From Candidatus Bathyarchaeota archaeon (GTDB lineage: Archaea > Thermoproteota > Bathyarchaeia > Bathyarchaeales > Bathycorpusculaceae), in the NCBI GenBank assembly GCA_963826715.1, contig CAWGYA010000002.1:1-64000 (forward strand): DNA of 64,000 nucleotides, written 5' to 3'. The notes under the pieces were generated by a model that was given only the letters and a program-made list of their open reading frames with translations, did not search any database and was not told the origin of the DNA. Below, one piece after another: positions 51,855-63,055 of this stretch (positions are counted from its first letter, which is position 1; each line of letters begins with the position of its first letter). Position numbers and translations under genes: made by a program.

Positions 51855-53390
51855 ATGAATAAGACAGCAGAGTTCATATCCGGCCGAGAAATGCGAACAT
51901 TAGAAGTCAACGCGGAATACTTTGGGTTTAGCCTTCTGCAGCTAATGGAAATAGCTGGGAAAAATGTGACACAGGTAGTTACTTCACGTTTCTCCAAAGA
52001 CAAAACCGTAGTCATCTTCTGTGGACTTGGTGGAAATGGCGGTGATGGCTTTGTCGCGGCTAGGCACCTTTTGGCAGCTGGATTTACAGTGACAGTGGTT
52101 TTGGTTGGTAAAGCGATTGACATCAGTCATCCTACCACTTTAAAAAACTGGCAAATTTTACAAGAATTAAGAGGAATGGTTCCAATAGTGGAGGTAGTAG
52201 ATAGCTCCGAAATACCCCAAGTAACAGCTGACATTGTTATAGATGCAATGCTTGGTACAGGCACTAAAGGTAGGCTCAAGTCACTAATAGCTCAAGCGGT
52301 TGAATCTGTCAACAGCATAATGGCATTCAAGGTATCTGTTGACGTCCCTACTGGTATCAATTCAGATACCGGAGATATCCTTGGAACAGCTGTTAAGGCA
52401 GATTTAACGGTGACTTTCCATAGAGCCAAACCAGGTTTAGAAGTAGCAAAAGCCTACACAGGCGAAATTGTAGTTGGAGGAATTGGGTTGCCTTTAGAGT
52501 TAGAAAGATTTACAGGACCAGGTGATGTTCAACTTGCCACTATTCCACGCGATGCCTCATCGCATAAAGGCGATTTTGGACGGCTGCTTGTAGTGGGTGG
52601 AAGTGAAGTTTTCTCAGGTGCACCCACATTGGTTGCACTATCAGCATTACGTACTGGAGTGGACATTGTATACCTTGCCGCTCCGCAGAAAATCGCACAG
52701 GCAATCTCATCCATTTCACCAGACCTGATAACTATAAAGCTTGATGGCGAAAACCTAAACCCTGCTAATTTGGAGACACTAAAACATTATTTGGGGATTG
52801 TAGATGCTGTTGTTATGGGTCCCGGATTGGGCTTAAATTCTGAAACGGAAAAATTTGTTAAGGTTTTCGTGGATGAAGTTGAAGCAGTTGGTAAACCGTT
52901 ACTGCTGGATGCAGATGGATTAAAGGCTTTTTCCAAATTCAAACATGCACTTAAAGTACCATTAGTGCTAACGCCACATAAAGGAGAATACAATATCTTA
53001 ACAGGAGAAAAACTCCCTGAAAATCAAAATGAATGTATCAAAGCTGTTCAGAAAACAGCTATGGAACTTGATGCAACCATTCTAGTTAAGGGAAAAACCG
53101 ACATCATATGTGATAAGAATAAGGTTAAGTTGAATTTCACAGGCAACCCTGGGATGACTGTAGGCGGCACAGGCGATGTACTCAGCGGTATTGTCGGCGG
53201 TTTGCTAGCCCAGCATGTCAGTAGCTTTGAAGCAGCAGTAGCAGGTGCGTTTGTGAATGGTGCAGCAGGCGACATTGTTGCTTCCGAAGTTGGCTACCAC
53301 ATGCTTGCGTCTGATTTGATTGATTGGATTCCACAGGTACTAAATGACCCCTGTTTTCACAAAAAGGTGCAAAAAACAAATGGAAAATGA
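51855..53390 (+). CDS. nnr: Bifunctional NAD(P)HX epimerase/dehydratase
   Basis: GGNGGDG, DVPTG, SHKGDFG, GPGLG, TPH.GE, GGTGDVL. Confidence 0.95.
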   Translation: MNKTAEFISGREMRTLEVNAEYFGFSLLQLMEIAGKNVTQVVTSRFSKDKTVVIFCGLGGNGGDGFVAARHLLAAGFTVTVVLVGKAIDISHPTTLKNWQILQELRGMVPIVEVVDSSEIPQVTADIVIDAMLGTGTKGRLKSLIAQAVESVNSIMAFKVSVDVPTGINSDTGDILGTAVKADLTVTFHRAKPGLEVAKAYTGEIVVGGIGLPLELERFTGPGDVQLATIPRDASSHKGDFGRLLVVGGSEVFSGAPTLVALSALRTGVDIVYLAAPQKIAQAISSISPDLITIKLDGENLNPANLETLKHYLGIVDAVVMGPGLGLNSETEKFVKVFVDEVEAVGKPLLLDADGLKAFSKFKHALKVPLVLTPHKGEYNILTGEKLPENQNECIKAVQKTAMELDATILVKGKTDIICDKNKVKLNFTGNPGMTVGGTGDVLSGIVGGLLAQHVSSFEAAVAGAFVNGAAGDIVASEVGYHMLASDLIDWIPQVLNDPCFHKKVQKTNGK

Positions 53391-53940
53391 CTTAAAAAAC
53401 CAAAGTCAACTGCTGTTACCTGTCAGAATCACTATCTATCACGCTGCTCAGGATGATCCCAAAAAGAACACAGCACTTCGTCTAAAACGGCGAGGACTCG
53501 CCAGAATTGTAAGTCGAACAAGATTTCTGCCTAAACGTGCCATTGTGTTGAATCCATTTGGTGAAATCGCGTTTTCCCCTGCTGATAGGGCGCGACTTGA
53601 ACAATTTGGTTTGGCGGCTCTTGATTGTAGTTGGGAACACGCTCAGAAAGTCATGGGAAAGCAGGTTAAGGGAACCAGCCGTTGCTTACCAATTTTAATT
53701 GCAGGTAACCCAGTTAACTTTGGAAAGTTTACAAAACTGACGACTGCTGAAGCCATTGCGGCAGCTCTCTACATCGCAGGTTTCATGGAGGAGGCAAAGA
53801 AGGTCCTGGAGATTTTTTCATGGGGACATACATTTTTTGAGCTCAACGACATGCTCCTGAACAAATATATTGAGGCCAAGGATAGTGCTGAAATCGTGGA
53901 TATGCAGACACAAGTACTTAAAGGCAAAAAATGCGAATAA
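53344..53940 (+). CDS. tsr3: 16S rRNA aminocarboxypropyltransferase Tsr3 (DUF367)
   Basis: QDDPKKNT, LDCSW, RCLP.L.AGNPVN, FSWGHTF; true start probably 53380. Confidence 0.92.
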   Translation: MTPVFTKRCKKQMENDLKNQSQLLLPVRITIYHAAQDDPKKNTALRLKRRGLARIVSRTRFLPKRAIVLNPFGEIAFSPADRARLEQFGLAALDCSWEHAQKVMGKQVKGTSRCLPILIAGNPVNFGKFTKLTTAEAIAAALYIAGFMEEAKKVLEIFSWGHTFFELNDMLLNKYIEAKDSAEIVDMQTQVLKGKKCE

Positions 53941-54026
53941 CTCACAATTCAATATTTCTTTGTGGACGGAGAACCCGAAAATCCTTATACACGACTTTAA
54001 AATTATTGATTAAGGCTGCATAAGAA

Positions 54027-54659
54027 TTGGTATATATAACAGATTTCTATGTATTTCTGTCGTCGGTTTTGGTCATTTCCCTATCAGGCGTTCTTATGCC
54101 AGGACCATTGTTTGCAGTTACTATTCAGAAAGCCTCGAAAAGCAAAATTTCAGGAGCTCTAATCGCCTTGGGGCATGGTATAGTCGAGATTCCACTGATT
54201 TTTGTAATTTTTTTTCTGCTAAATAAATTCGAGATTCCAGCGGTGTTTCAAGTTTTGGTTGGGTTAATTGGCGGGACATTTATGGTTTTTATGGGCGTTC
54301 ATACCTTCCACAACCGACATAAGCAGCAGATCACAGCTGTTAGCCCCAAACTTGATTCGGTGCTAGCAGGAGTCTATACAAGCATAGGTAACGCAGGTTT
54401 CATCCTCTGGTGGTTAACAATAGGCACCACATTAATTCTTAACGCTAAAATCTTTGGACTTCTGGGTTTCTCAGTCTTCGCAGGGGTTCACTGGTTGACT
54501 GATTTTGTATGGTATGCAGTTACGGCGTTTGCGATTTTTAAGTCTCAGAAATTTTGGAACGAACATGTAAAGACGGTTATAACACTATTCAGTGCGACGG
54601 TTTTCATTGGTTTTGGTTTGTACTTTATTGTTTCGGCGTTATGGACACTATTTGCATAG
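54027..54659 (+). CDS. LysE-family exporter
   Basis: SLSGVLMPGP, GHGIVE, WW motif. Confidence 0.9.
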   Translation: MVYITDFYVFLSSVLVISLSGVLMPGPLFAVTIQKASKSKISGALIALGHGIVEIPLIFVIFFLLNKFEIPAVFQVLVGLIGGTFMVFMGVHTFHNRHKQQITAVSPKLDSVLAGVYTSIGNAGFILWWLTIGTTLILNAKIFGLLGFSVFAGVHWLTDFVWYAVTAFAIFKSQKFWNEHVKTVITLFSATVFIGFGLYFIVSALWTLFA

Positions 54660-54677
54660 TTAAATAGCAAGATAACA

Positions 54678-55247
54678 TTGTTGGTAAATATGGAATTCAA
54701 AGTAGGGAAAGCAACCCTTCAATTTATTGAGGGAGACATCACAGAGTTAGATGTGGATGCAATTGTCAACGCAGCTAACTCAACGCTTTTGGGAGGAGGT
54801 GGAGTGGACGGTGCCATACATCTAAAGGGTGGACCTAAAATACTCGAAGAATGCAAACGCATACGCGCCACCGAGTGGCCTGATGGGTTGCCCACTGGAA
54901 ACGCCATAATCACAACAGGAGGTACCCTCAAAGCTAAACATGTTATCCACACTGTTGGTCCAATATGGCGAGGTGGGGTATATGAAGAACCGAAGATGCT
55001 GAGACGAGCGTATTGGAATTCTCTTAAACTTGCCGTAGCCAATAAGATCAAGTCCGTTGGATTTCCGTCGATTAGCACTGGTGCCTACAACTATCCTACT
55101 CAGCAAGCCAGTGTCGTGGCAATTTTGGCAGTTAAAGATTTTTTAGAAAAAGAAGATAGAATAGAAAAAGTGGTGTTTTCGCTTTTTTCAAAACGCGATT
55201 TTGATATTTACTTAAAAACGGCCGAAGAACAATTCGAGATTAAGTGA
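54678..55247 (+). CDS. Macro-domain O-acetyl-ADP-ribose deacetylase
   Basis: GDIT, IVNAAN, GGGGVDGAIH, ISTGAY. Confidence 0.95.
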   Translation: MLVNMEFKVGKATLQFIEGDITELDVDAIVNAANSTLLGGGGVDGAIHLKGGPKILEECKRIRATEWPDGLPTGNAIITTGGTLKAKHVIHTVGPIWRGGVYEEPKMLRRAYWNSLKLAVANKIKSVGFPSISTGAYNYPTQQASVVAILAVKDFLEKEDRIEKVVFSLFSKRDFDIYLKTAEEQFEIK

Positions 55248-55494
55248 TTTCTTGCACTTCCGTTATAGACGCCACAGGGATATTGAGGTGCTCCTGAACC
55301 ACTTCGAGCACCACATCTTGACTAGGTCCTTCGATGAGGAAGGAAACACGGTTCTCGCCTCTGCAACAGTAGCAGGCTTTGGCTTCAATATCCTTGATTT
55401 TTCCTCTAGCAAGCATTTTTGCAGCGCCTTCTGCGCAGCTCTGGGGATTTTGTCCGGATCTTAGAATGGCTGAATTAACTAAATATTTTGGCAA
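55240..55494 (-). CDS. Small ferredoxin-like-fold hypothetical protein
   Basis: AGGAG RBS; CYCC. Confidence 0.55.
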   Translation of the reverse strand: MPKYLVNSAILRSGQNPQSCAEGAAKMLARGKIKDIEAKACYCCRGENRVSFLIEGPSQDVVLEVVQEHLNIPVASITEVQEIT

Positions 55495-55806
55495 AAAATT
55501 CTCTCCTATCTTAAAGTTATCCTGCAGAAGTTAAAAAGTCTTATGGCTGGTCCAAACTCAATATTTTTGATACAGAGATCTTGTAGCGACATAGGGGGTA
55601 AACAATTTGATAAGATACATAAGTAAATGGAATAAAGAAAAACTGTTCACCCGTGCAAGTACGTTTAATTGAATGATCCGTAATCGAACAAAAAAATCTC
55701 TTGACTTATTGAAAATGGAAATAGACAGGGTGATAAGTAACATTATTGGGATTTGGAGGAATAGAGTTGAATTGTCTTTATTTCAAGTCAACCCCATAAC
55801 ATTGCT

Positions 55807-56355
55807 TTAGATGTCAGTAGGGGTTTTGTAGTTGACCAGTGAGAAGATTTCGTATTTGTTGCCGATGAATTTTCTGCCGCCAAGATAGTCTAACTCGATA
55901 AGGAAACCCAGCCCTGCTACTTTTCCGCCTAATTTTTCGACTAGTTCGATATTGGCTTTCACAGTTCCACCTGTTGCTAAGAGATCATCTATTATTAGCA
56001 CATTTTGTCCTGCGGTAATAGCGTCTTCATGGATTTCAATGCAATCGTTACTATATTCCGTTGTGTAGGTGAAGTCTAAGCATTTGTATGGCAGTTTGCC
56101 TTTTTTCCGGACTGGAACAAAGGCAACGCCGAGTTCGTAGGCTAAGGGTGCGCCTATTATGAAGCCGCGTGCTTCGTTTGAGACTATTACGTCGATTTTT
56201 TTGTTTTGGTAATGATTAGCAAGTTGCTTTATGGTTTCTTTGAAGGTATCGGGGTCTTTTAGGAGAGGGGTTATATCCCAGAAGACTACACCTTTGAACT
56301 CTGGGATTCTTCGGATTTTTGTTTTCAGGTTTACCTTTTTTTCTAATGGATTCAT
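55807..56355 (-). CDS. apt: Adenine phosphoribosyltransferase
   Basis: EARGF, RKKGKLP, IIDDLLATGGT. Confidence 0.95.
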   Translation of the reverse strand: MNPLEKKVNLKTKIRRIPEFKGVVFWDITPLLKDPDTFKETIKQLANHYQNKKIDVIVSNEARGFIIGAPLAYELGVAFVPVRKKGKLPYKCLDFTYTTEYSNDCIEIHEDAITAGQNVLIIDDLLATGGTVKANIELVEKLGGKVAGLGFLIELDYLGGRKFIGNKYEIFSLVNYKTPTDI

Positions 56356-56368
56356 GAATAGTTATCTC

Positions 56369-57160
56369 CTAAGCGAAAGCTCCGTCTAATGCAGAATTAC
56401 ATTTGCAGTTGCATTTGCACTGCGTCTTTGTTATGGTTTCTGCGATTATGAGTTTAACGTTTTCGAGGTTCGTTCTCATAGTATTTACGATATCGTCTAC
56501 GCATACAGCATGATCTTTCCAGCAATCATAGTCGGTAACTGTTGAGATGTTTGCATAGCAGATTTCGGCTTCACGGGCCAACACTGCCTCGGGGACCATA
56601 GTCATACCGATGACGTCTGCACCCCACTTCTTGTACATTCGCGATTCTGCCTTGGTTGAAAAACGCGGGCCCTCAATGCAAACATAAGTTCCGGTTTCAT
56701 GTATTTTTATACCCAAATCTTTACCGACATCAATTAAGGTATTACGCAGTTCGGGGCACATTGGCTCAGCTACTGAAATATGGCAAACCCGAGCGTCTGT
56801 TAAGCTATAGAAGGATTGTTCACGTTTCGTTGTTCGGTCGATAAATTGATCAGTGAAGACAATATCGCCAGGAGCATAGTCTTCACGCAAGGATCCAACT
56901 GTAGATGGAGCAAGTATGCGTTTAACCCCTAATCTTTTTAGAGCGAATATGTTCGCCCGAACATTGATATCGGTAGGGCGTATAGTGTGCAGTTTTCCAT
57001 GTCTCGGCAAAAACGCAACAGATTTCCCACCTAATTCACCAACCGTAATAGCATCAGAAGGTTTACCGTAAGGGGTATCCAAGGTTATTTCCTGAACGTT
57101 TTTAAGAAGTTTAGGGTCATACAGACCAGTTCCGCCGATAACTCCAAATTCTGCTTGCAT
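56369..57160 (-). CDS. mtnP: 5'-methylthioadenosine phosphorylase
   Basis: GGTG, PRHG, EGPRFST.AES, GMT, VTDYD. Confidence 0.95.
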   Translation of the reverse strand: MQAEFGVIGGTGLYDPKLLKNVQEITLDTPYGKPSDAITVGELGGKSVAFLPRHGKLHTIRPTDINVRANIFALKRLGVKRILAPSTVGSLREDYAPGDIVFTDQFIDRTTKREQSFYSLTDARVCHISVAEPMCPELRNTLIDVGKDLGIKIHETGTYVCIEGPRFSTKAESRMYKKWGADVIGMTMVPEAVLAREAEICYANISTVTDYDCWKDHAVCVDDIVNTMRTNLENVKLIIAETITKTQCKCNCKCNSALDGAFA

Positions 57161-57239
57161 GAGAACTAACAGCTATCGTTTGGCCTTATAAAATTAGCGA
57201 AAACAGATCATTATTAAACCTCAAAACACAAAAAAATCT

Positions 57240-57809
57240 CTAAATTAGGGTACTCAGGTTTATGCTTATAAACACGGAAAGATAAACCAGAAAGAACACC
57301 GCGAATACTTTGTGGTAGGACTGGTCTTTTGTAAAAATAGTTACTACACTCAAAATTGTAATCAATGGTATGGTAACAAAGTATACTGGACCTTGAGCCA
57401 TCAGATGCGAAACTCCCTTAAGGAGAGTGTCAATGAAATCCAGCGCTGGCAATAAGGCAGCAAGCGAAAAAAACCAGCGGTTATCTTCATACCAGTGCTG
57501 CTTAAAATCCATCACTTCATCAAAAGGATCCGGAAACAGAACTACCGCTAACAAAAAACAAACTGTCGGCGTCAAAAGAAGGAACATGAATAGTGCAAAA
57601 CTCCATTCTTGTTGGGTTGGTCCAACGGAAAAGAATCCACCAATTCAGAACCATATACAAAAACAGGTTTAACGACCATAAAATGTGTACCCAATAGTTT
57701 TTGACTTTATCGCGGCGTTCCACGATTTTACCTATCCAGTTAAGAGCCTAGTTATGACTAACGCGATGATTATTGAGTGAACGATGGATATGAATGAAAA
57801 AGCATCCAT
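57240..57809 (-). pseudogene. Membrane protein broken into three frames
   Basis: MDAFSFIS... then YWVHILW...WW then ...HWYEDNRWFF in different frames. Confidence 0.65.
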
Positions 57810-58140
57810 GCTCAAATAGGTCAACATTACACAAAAACTCATATTGGTTATTTATTACTTGCCATATAATGCCCCAGCTACTGACCAGATAACCAGAGGA
57901 AGGCGATTCTATTTTTAGTCTTTCTTTATATTATATTGGAATCTTTCAAATCGGGGTCTTATCAAGTAGTAATGATAGTAATGATTATTGTAGCTTTCTG
58001 AGATTCATTAGATCAAATATTCCACGAACTTCTTTTCGCCCAGCATTATTTGACTAATAATGAGTTTTTGCCGTTTCAATCCAACTGGTTCTTCTATTGA
58101 AAACAGCCAGGTTCCACTTTAACAAAAGTAACTTAAATTT

Positions 58141-58419
58141 TTATTTTTTGCCATTTTTTTGGTCATACTCACTAATAATGTCTTTGACTTTTTTTTCCAG
58201 TTGTCGTTCATATACATGCTCAGGTACTGGTGGTGAGAGGACCTTTTTATTATGAAGAGTACTTGGTTCCACTATGCGTTGTTCGCCCATTTTAACCTCG
58301 ACTCTTGTATCGTTTAGGTAATCTTCAAAATTCTCTTGGGCTTCCACAATCCAGTATCCTTCACTTTTAGTTAAAACTTTTACTTTGTATAGTCCTTTGT
58401 AGAAGTAGAGTTCACTCAT
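58141..58419 (-). CDS. Hypothetical protein
   Basis: Intact ORF with ATG start. Confidence 0.65.
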   Translation of the reverse strand: MSELYFYKGLYKVKVLTKSEGYWIVEAQENFEDYLNDTRVEVKMGEQRIVEPSTLHNKKVLSPPVPEHVYERQLEKKVKDIISEYDQKNGKK

Positions 58420-58470
58420 ATGATCCCCAGTAATAGTTTCTCATGCTGAGTAAATAACTTCATCGGTAAA

Positions 58471-60087
58471 CTACTTTTGAGCTTTCTTACAGACAGTTGA
58501 TATTGCAACTATGATTGATGGCATGGTGAAGATACTAAACACCCTCGTATACTTTGATAACCCTGCTTTACGCACGTCCTCCAAACTTCCTCCCGCTGTA
58601 AGGTAGCCTGTTATGAAGGATTTGGTTACATCTGCTGCTTTCTCGTTGCTATCAAAAGGTTGAAGATAATGCCCGCAATAGTAGAGAAATACAGCAATAT
58701 CCCAAGCTTTATCTCCGCCTTGCAACGCCTGTTCAAAGTCAATTAGAAAAATTTCGCCGTTGGCTTTAATGAGTACATTATCTGGTTTGGTGTCACCTAA
58801 TGAGACGCCGAGGATGTGAACACCAGCCATTGTTTCTCCGACCTTTTTCATCATCGATAATACACTAGCGGATTCTACAATGTCGGTTGCTGTAGAGTAA
58901 TTTTTGATTAGTTGGCTAAGGCTTTCACCTTCTATAAATTCCATAAACACAATACGTTCTGCGTTGCTTACGTGCAGTATTTTAGGCACGTTAAAACCTT
59001 CATTTAACAGATATTCGCTTATTGCACATTCTTTAGCCAACCGTGCTTGACCGGAAACCGTAAATGACCTTGCCCCAAGCGACCACAGCGTTAATGGAAA
59101 CCATTTAAATCCTGACCAATCCTTAAACCGCTTTGCCAATACTTTCTTATCGCCAGCGTTAATGAGGTACACATCGTTTAACATTGTACCCATATGCTGC
59201 ACTTGAATGTCCGCATTTGCACCTTTGAGAAGCATTTTCTGAGTATACCCTTTGATATCAATTTTATCTGAAAGCGAAACCATTCCATGAGATGTGGGAA
59301 AAAATACATATTTCTGGGGATCCACAAAATCATCTATCTGCTCGATAGGACGAACCCAATTAATTTTTTGGGTCCGTAAAAAAGCTTCAGTATTCTGTGA
59401 AACGATGCGCGCTAGCTGGGGGAGAACCCCAAAGAAAGAAGTAAATAGTGCCCGAGGTGCATTTTTTGAGAAGTTTACTAATCGAAGTTTAGGATTTTGA
59501 CACTTGGAAATAAAACTCTTGGTGAGGGATACGTACCCTTTTTCTAAACTTATTTTACCTTCTGCTTCGAGCTTGGTTAAAGCTTGTTTGTAGCTGGTAA
59601 GCGCCTCTTTTTTATTCTGAGTTATGTTGCGGGATAGGTCGCCAAAGTCGTATGCCAGAAGCGGAAAAACACGGAGACGGCTAGAAAACACTTCATACAT
59701 AAAATATTCCGGCAAAATCCGTATTCGATGAGCAAGCTCAGGGAAGTTTATGACCAGGTTCTCCAGTAACTCCAAAATTAGACGTTGCTTAAGCTCAACC
59801 TCCCGGTCAATCAAATAACCTTCGCCTTCCAAAGCATTATATGGAAAGACAAGTTTGCTGGCTATAGCCTCTCCCAATAATCCTCTATCAATGTCCCTTT
59901 CAAAAACCCACTGGTCTACAGCGAAGACAAAAACGGTTTTGTTTCTTACGGTTTTTAGATAATTAATGACGCGAGGTTGAAAATCACGAATGACCACCAA
60001 AACCTCATATATGTTCCGTCCGTTTGAAAGTTTACTTGAGAAATGATCTACCTGCGCTATAGCTACAATTTTTGATTGACCTGCCAC
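58471..60087 (-). CDS. Atypical (Bud32/RIO-like) kinase with N-terminal nucleotidyltransferase-like region
   Basis: LAKRF, IVFMEFIEG, GDTKPDN, IDFEQ. Confidence 0.75.
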   Translation of the reverse strand: MAGQSKIVAIAQVDHFSSKLSNGRNIYEVLVVIRDFQPRVINYLKTVRNKTVFVFAVDQWVFERDIDRGLLGEAIASKLVFPYNALEGEGYLIDREVELKQRLILELLENLVINFPELAHRIRILPEYFMYEVFSSRLRVFPLLAYDFGDLSRNITQNKKEALTSYKQALTKLEAEGKISLEKGYVSLTKSFISKCQNPKLRLVNFSKNAPRALFTSFFGVLPQLARIVSQNTEAFLRTQKINWVRPIEQIDDFVDPQKYVFFPTSHGMVSLSDKIDIKGYTQKMLLKGANADIQVQHMGTMLNDVYLINAGDKKVLAKRFKDWSGFKWFPLTLWSLGARSFTVSGQARLAKECAISEYLLNEGFNVPKILHVSNAERIVFMEFIEGESLSQLIKNYSTATDIVESASVLSMMKKVGETMAGVHILGVSLGDTKPDNVLIKANGEIFLIDFEQALQGGDKAWDIAVFLYYCGHYLQPFDSNEKAADVTKSFITGYLTAGGSLEDVRKAGLSKYTRVFSIFTMPSIIVAISTVCKKAQK

Positions 60088-60299
60088 ATGTCTGCAAAAA
60101 TCTAAAATTTGCTTTGTTAATTCGCTGTTTTCGGTGTTATTTTGCAGTTTTAAAGGAAATCACCTACAGTGCAGATTATAGCTATGCATAGTTACATATA
60201 TTTAAAATGAAGTAAAACAACCAACAAAAACTTTTATGGTTTTCGTGAATTTAAAAATTACTTTCAAGATTTTTTTTCTGCCAGTTTATTGGGAAACTT

Positions 60300-60686
60300 T
60301 TACGAAATGCCTTTTGTTTTTGAAGTGATTAAACCCATTTCGGGTTCAATTTCTGGATTAACTATTGTTATTTTTCTGCAGATTAGATTCAAAGATTCTT
60401 CTGTATAGTTTAGCATGCTTTGCCCTTCGCTAGTGAGGCTATAGATTTTGCGTGGGCGTTCGCATTTCATGTTCCATTTACTTTCTACGAAACCCTTCTG
60501 TTCTAGGGTACCTAGAAGTGGGTAGATGGTGCTTGGACCGAAATAAACGCCAAAGTTTTTGCGGATTTTTATGATTACTTGGTATCCATGCATAGGCTCG
60601 TTATTGAGAAACTGTAGGATTATCATGTCGAGCAAACCCTTCATAAGTTTTGTTGAAATCTCTTTTTGTGAACTTGCTTTGAACAT
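60300..60686 (-). CDS. PadR-family regulator
   Basis: MHGYQV, GPSTIYPLL, RKIYSLT; ATG at 60686 preferred over the longer ORF. Confidence 0.9.
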   Translation of the reverse strand: MFKASSQKEISTKLMKGLLDMIILQFLNNEPMHGYQVIIKIRKNFGVYFGPSTIYPLLGTLEQKGFVESKWNMKCERPRKIYSLTSEGQSMLNYTEESLNLICRKITIVNPEIEPEMGLITSKTKGIS

Positions 60687-60922
60687 TTTTGTGTCTTCCT
60701 TTTGTGTATTTGTGTCGAACAGTCTTTCTGTTAGACTCACATACAATATGTCCTTATTCGGACATATCACAATCAAAGAATATGTAATGGGAAGATATAA
60801 GTCTTGGCACATATTCAAAGCATATTGAAGCATACCTCAACACAAAAAAAAGTAATAACAGACATAATCTAAATAAATCCAAACATCAAACACTACAAAC
60901 AAAGCTTGCAAAGAGAAAAAAT

Positions 60923-61252
60923 ATGTCTGAAATCTACAAAAAAGAAATTGTACAACACATAATCAGAAATTTGCTTGACATCCAACTCCTACGAATCATC
61001 CAAGAGCAACCTACATGGGGGTACAAGATAAAAAAGCAGGTTGAAAGCGATTTCAGCATAAAACTTCGACATGGAGCGCTTTACCCTACCCTAAATAATC
61101 TCGAGGAGAGAGGGTTTGTTGAAAGCAAACAAAGGCAAAAAGATGGGCGATCACGAAAAGTTTACACAATAACTGCCAATGGCAAATCGTATCTACAAAC
61201 ATACTATAACATCATGCAGGGACCGTTGAATGGTAGTTACGATGATAAGTAA
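60923..61252 (+). CDS. PadR-family regulator
   Basis: WGYKI, GALYPTL, RKVYTIT. Confidence 0.9.
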   Translation: MSEIYKKEIVQHIIRNLLDIQLLRIIQEQPTWGYKIKKQVESDFSIKLRHGALYPTLNNLEERGFVESKQRQKDGRSRKVYTITANGKSYLQTYYNIMQGPLNGSYDDK

Positions 61253-61350
61253 ATTGCTAATTTTTTAATATATGAAAGACAGCATATGCGATGTTTTTGA
61301 TGCAAAAGCTTTTATCTTTAGTATTCTGAAGGTTTTTAGAGGATAAAATA

Positions 61351-62019
61351 ATGAACTTTGATACGAGCAAAACTTTAGGCGGCATAGGCGCAATTCTGAT
61401 GTTTATTGGCATAATCCCCTTCATTAGCTACTATGGCATTTTGGAATTTGTCGGAGCAATCTTGATTTTGGTTGCACTCTACGGACTGAGTGGTTACTAT
61501 CAAAACAGCGGAATCTTCAGCAATGCACTTTATGGAATTATCGCAGGCATCGTTGGCGTAATCTTGGCTGTAGTTATTACATTTACAGTTATTTTAACAA
61601 CCATACGACCATTTTTAATGCAGCTATTCCCCGGATGGGATGGAAACTGGGCATCGCTTCAAAACTTGACACCTGATCCTAACATATTTACTTCAGGCAA
61701 CTTTGACCCCTCCGCGTTTGTACCACTCGCCGTCGGCATAGTCAGTATTTTAGCTATCCTTTGGATTTTCGCTATAATTGGAACCTTCCTTATTAGGCGT
61801 TCACTTAAACAGGTCTCAGACAAATCAACAGTTGGATTATTCGGTACCTCTGGCTTGCTATTACTAATTGGTGCATTCTTAACCATAATCGGGATTGGAG
61901 TAATCCTGATGTGGGTAGCAGCTTTGTTGCTAGCAATTGCATTCTTCCAATTAAAACCTACAAAACAAATGGAACAACCACCATACTATTCCCCACCTCC
62001 ACCCCCAACAACTGTATAA
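61351..62019 (+). CDS. DUF996-family membrane protein
   Basis: KTLGGIGAIL, IG...W...LLAIAFF, Pro-rich tail. Confidence 0.85.
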   Translation: MNFDTSKTLGGIGAILMFIGIIPFISYYGILEFVGAILILVALYGLSGYYQNSGIFSNALYGIIAGIVGVILAVVITFTVILTTIRPFLMQLFPGWDGNWASLQNLTPDPNIFTSGNFDPSAFVPLAVGIVSILAILWIFAIIGTFLIRRSLKQVSDKSTVGLFGTSGLLLLIGAFLTIIGIGVILMWVAALLLAIAFFQLKPTKQMEQPPYYSPPPPPTTV

Positions 62020-62251
62020 AAATATTCTTTCCTCTTTTCCTTCTTTTTTTATAATCAGGCATCGACTTTTTTAACTAACTAACTATCAAATTAGTTACAT
62101 TTCACAATGCAAATTAAGTAAGTTACTGCGTAGCCCAAATCCAATCGCTAAAAAAGGAATAAAAATAGAATTTATTGAAGGCCGCTTTGCGTTAGGGAAA
62201 AAGTGAGGGAAATAGATAGTTTGTTAAGACTAAATAAAAACTTTTTTTTAC

Positions 62252-63055
62252 TTAAAAAAATTCCTCTGTGGAGAATAAAAGTTTTTTGCATGATCCACAT
62301 GTGTCGTCTGTGATTTTTATTTGGGCACTGCAGTGAGGACATTTACTGCTTTTTTTGGCGAGATGTAATCCTTGTTTTTCTTTGGCAATTCTGCCGTCTT
62401 TGAGCAGCAACATGCGCTCGGTGTGGTTTGCTGCTTGACCATCGTGAGTAACCATGATTATGGTAGTTCCTTGGGTTAGGTTAAGGTTGGCGAGGAGTTT
62501 TATAATTTCGGCTTTGTTTTGGCTGTCAAGGTTGCCAGTAGGTTCATCGGCAAGGATTATTGCGGGTTCATTGGCAAGTGCTCTTGCAATGGCGACGCGT
62601 TGTTGTTCTCCAGCACTTAATCGTTGTGGTCTGTGGTTTTCTCTTCCTGAGAGACCCACGAGTTTGAGCAGTTCATTGGCGTGTTTTTTTCGGTCAGCTT
62701 TGGATTTAATTTTGCCTTCCATGGGTAACTCAATATTTTCGCGTGCGTCGAGGTAGGGAAGCAGATTAAAGGTTTGAAAAACAAAACCCATTTTGTCGCG
62801 ACGCAGCTTGTAGAGTTGGTTTTCGGGCATTTTGCCAACGTCGATGCCATCTATGAGAACTGTACCACTGGTGGGTTTGTCGATACAGCCAATGACGTTA
62901 AGCAATGTGGTTTTGCCTGAGCCCGAGGGGCCCATGATAGATATGAATTCGCCCTGGTTAACTTGCATTGAAAGGTTTGTTAGTGCGTTAACGGGTCGTT
63001 TGCCTAGCATGTAGGTTTTCTTTAGGTTTTCTATTAGCAGGACTGGTTTACTCAT
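62252..63055 (-). CDS. ABC transporter ATPase (LolD/MacB type) with C-terminal Zn ribbon
   Basis: [33 protein letters not shown]. Confidence 0.95.
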   Translation of the reverse strand: MSKPVLLIENLKKTYMLGKRPVNALTNLSMQVNQGEFISIMGPSGSGKTTLLNVIGCIDKPTSGTVLIDGIDVGKMPENQLYKLRRDKMGFVFQTFNLLPYLDARENIELPMEGKIKSKADRKKHANELLKLVGLSGRENHRPQRLSAGEQQRVAIARALANEPAIILADEPTGNLDSQNKAEIIKLLANLNLTQGTTIIMVTHDGQAANHTERMLLLKDGRIAKEKQGLHLAKKSSKCPHCSAQIKITDDTCGSCKKLLFSTEEFF

